Made by a program: the position numbers and the translations under genes. Below are positions 63,849 to 64,000 of a DNA stretch of 64,000 nucleotides, piece after piece. Below the pieces are notes generated by a model, which searched no databases, was not told the origin of the DNA, and saw only the letters and a program-made list of their open reading frames with translations. Position 1 is the first letter of the stretch, and each line of letters starts with the position of its first letter. This stretch comes from Hemiscyllium ocellatum (taxonomy: Eukaryota), in the NCBI RefSeq assembly GCF_020745735.1, contig NC_083416.1, positions 47,827,131 through 47,891,130 on the forward strand, given 5' to 3'.

Positions 63849-64000
63849 TAGTGGTATTATCACTAGATTGTTAATCTAGTTCTGCAGACCCAAGTTCAAA
63901 TCCTGCCACAGCAGATGGTGGAATTTGAATTCAGTGAAAAAAAAATCTACTGATTGCCATGAAATCATTTTTGATTGTCAAGACTAAACCATCTGGTTCA
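63849..64000 (+). mobile_element. tRNA-like head of the SINE/LINE family also seen at 36387 and 23505 (runs off the window)
   Basis: cctagtggtattatc A-box-like, gttcaaatcc B-box-like, then gcagatggtggaatttgaattca. Confidence 0.7.

Overview
This is eukaryotic, repeat-rich intronic DNA, most likely from a shark or other elasmobranch (inferred from HE1-type V-SINEs with (TCTAA)n tails, Deu-domain SINEs and CR1/HER1-like LINEs). The only host gene is KLHL3 on the + strand, present as six internal coding exons. These match human exons 4-9 (about residues 81-341: end of BTB, BACK, first kelch repeat), all have GT-AG boundaries, and their lengths (122/163/110/117/150/118 nt) join into one open frame. 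The introns are a nested stack of CR1 and L2/CR1-group LINE fragments, SINEs, two Gypsy remnants (one with Gmr1-like INT-before-RT order), Tigger-like MITEs and Harbinger and RTE remnants. The most striking signal is a dense set of Penelope-like elements (PLEs) from at least four families that carry minimal type I hammerhead ribozymes. Many are reduced to 90-530 bp palindromic or solo cassettes with 11-15 bp target-site duplications (TSDs). One intact sense ribozyme lies in the KLHL3 pre-mRNA, inside a perfect 99-nt inverted repeat pair that brackets exon 5. Also notable are a LINE family that appears to start with a tRNA-like Pol III head, with a short head+tail SINE-like derivative, and an unexplained tandem double hairpin in intron 4. 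Repeat boundaries were read by eye and are approximate unless a TSD is given; no database searches were run.
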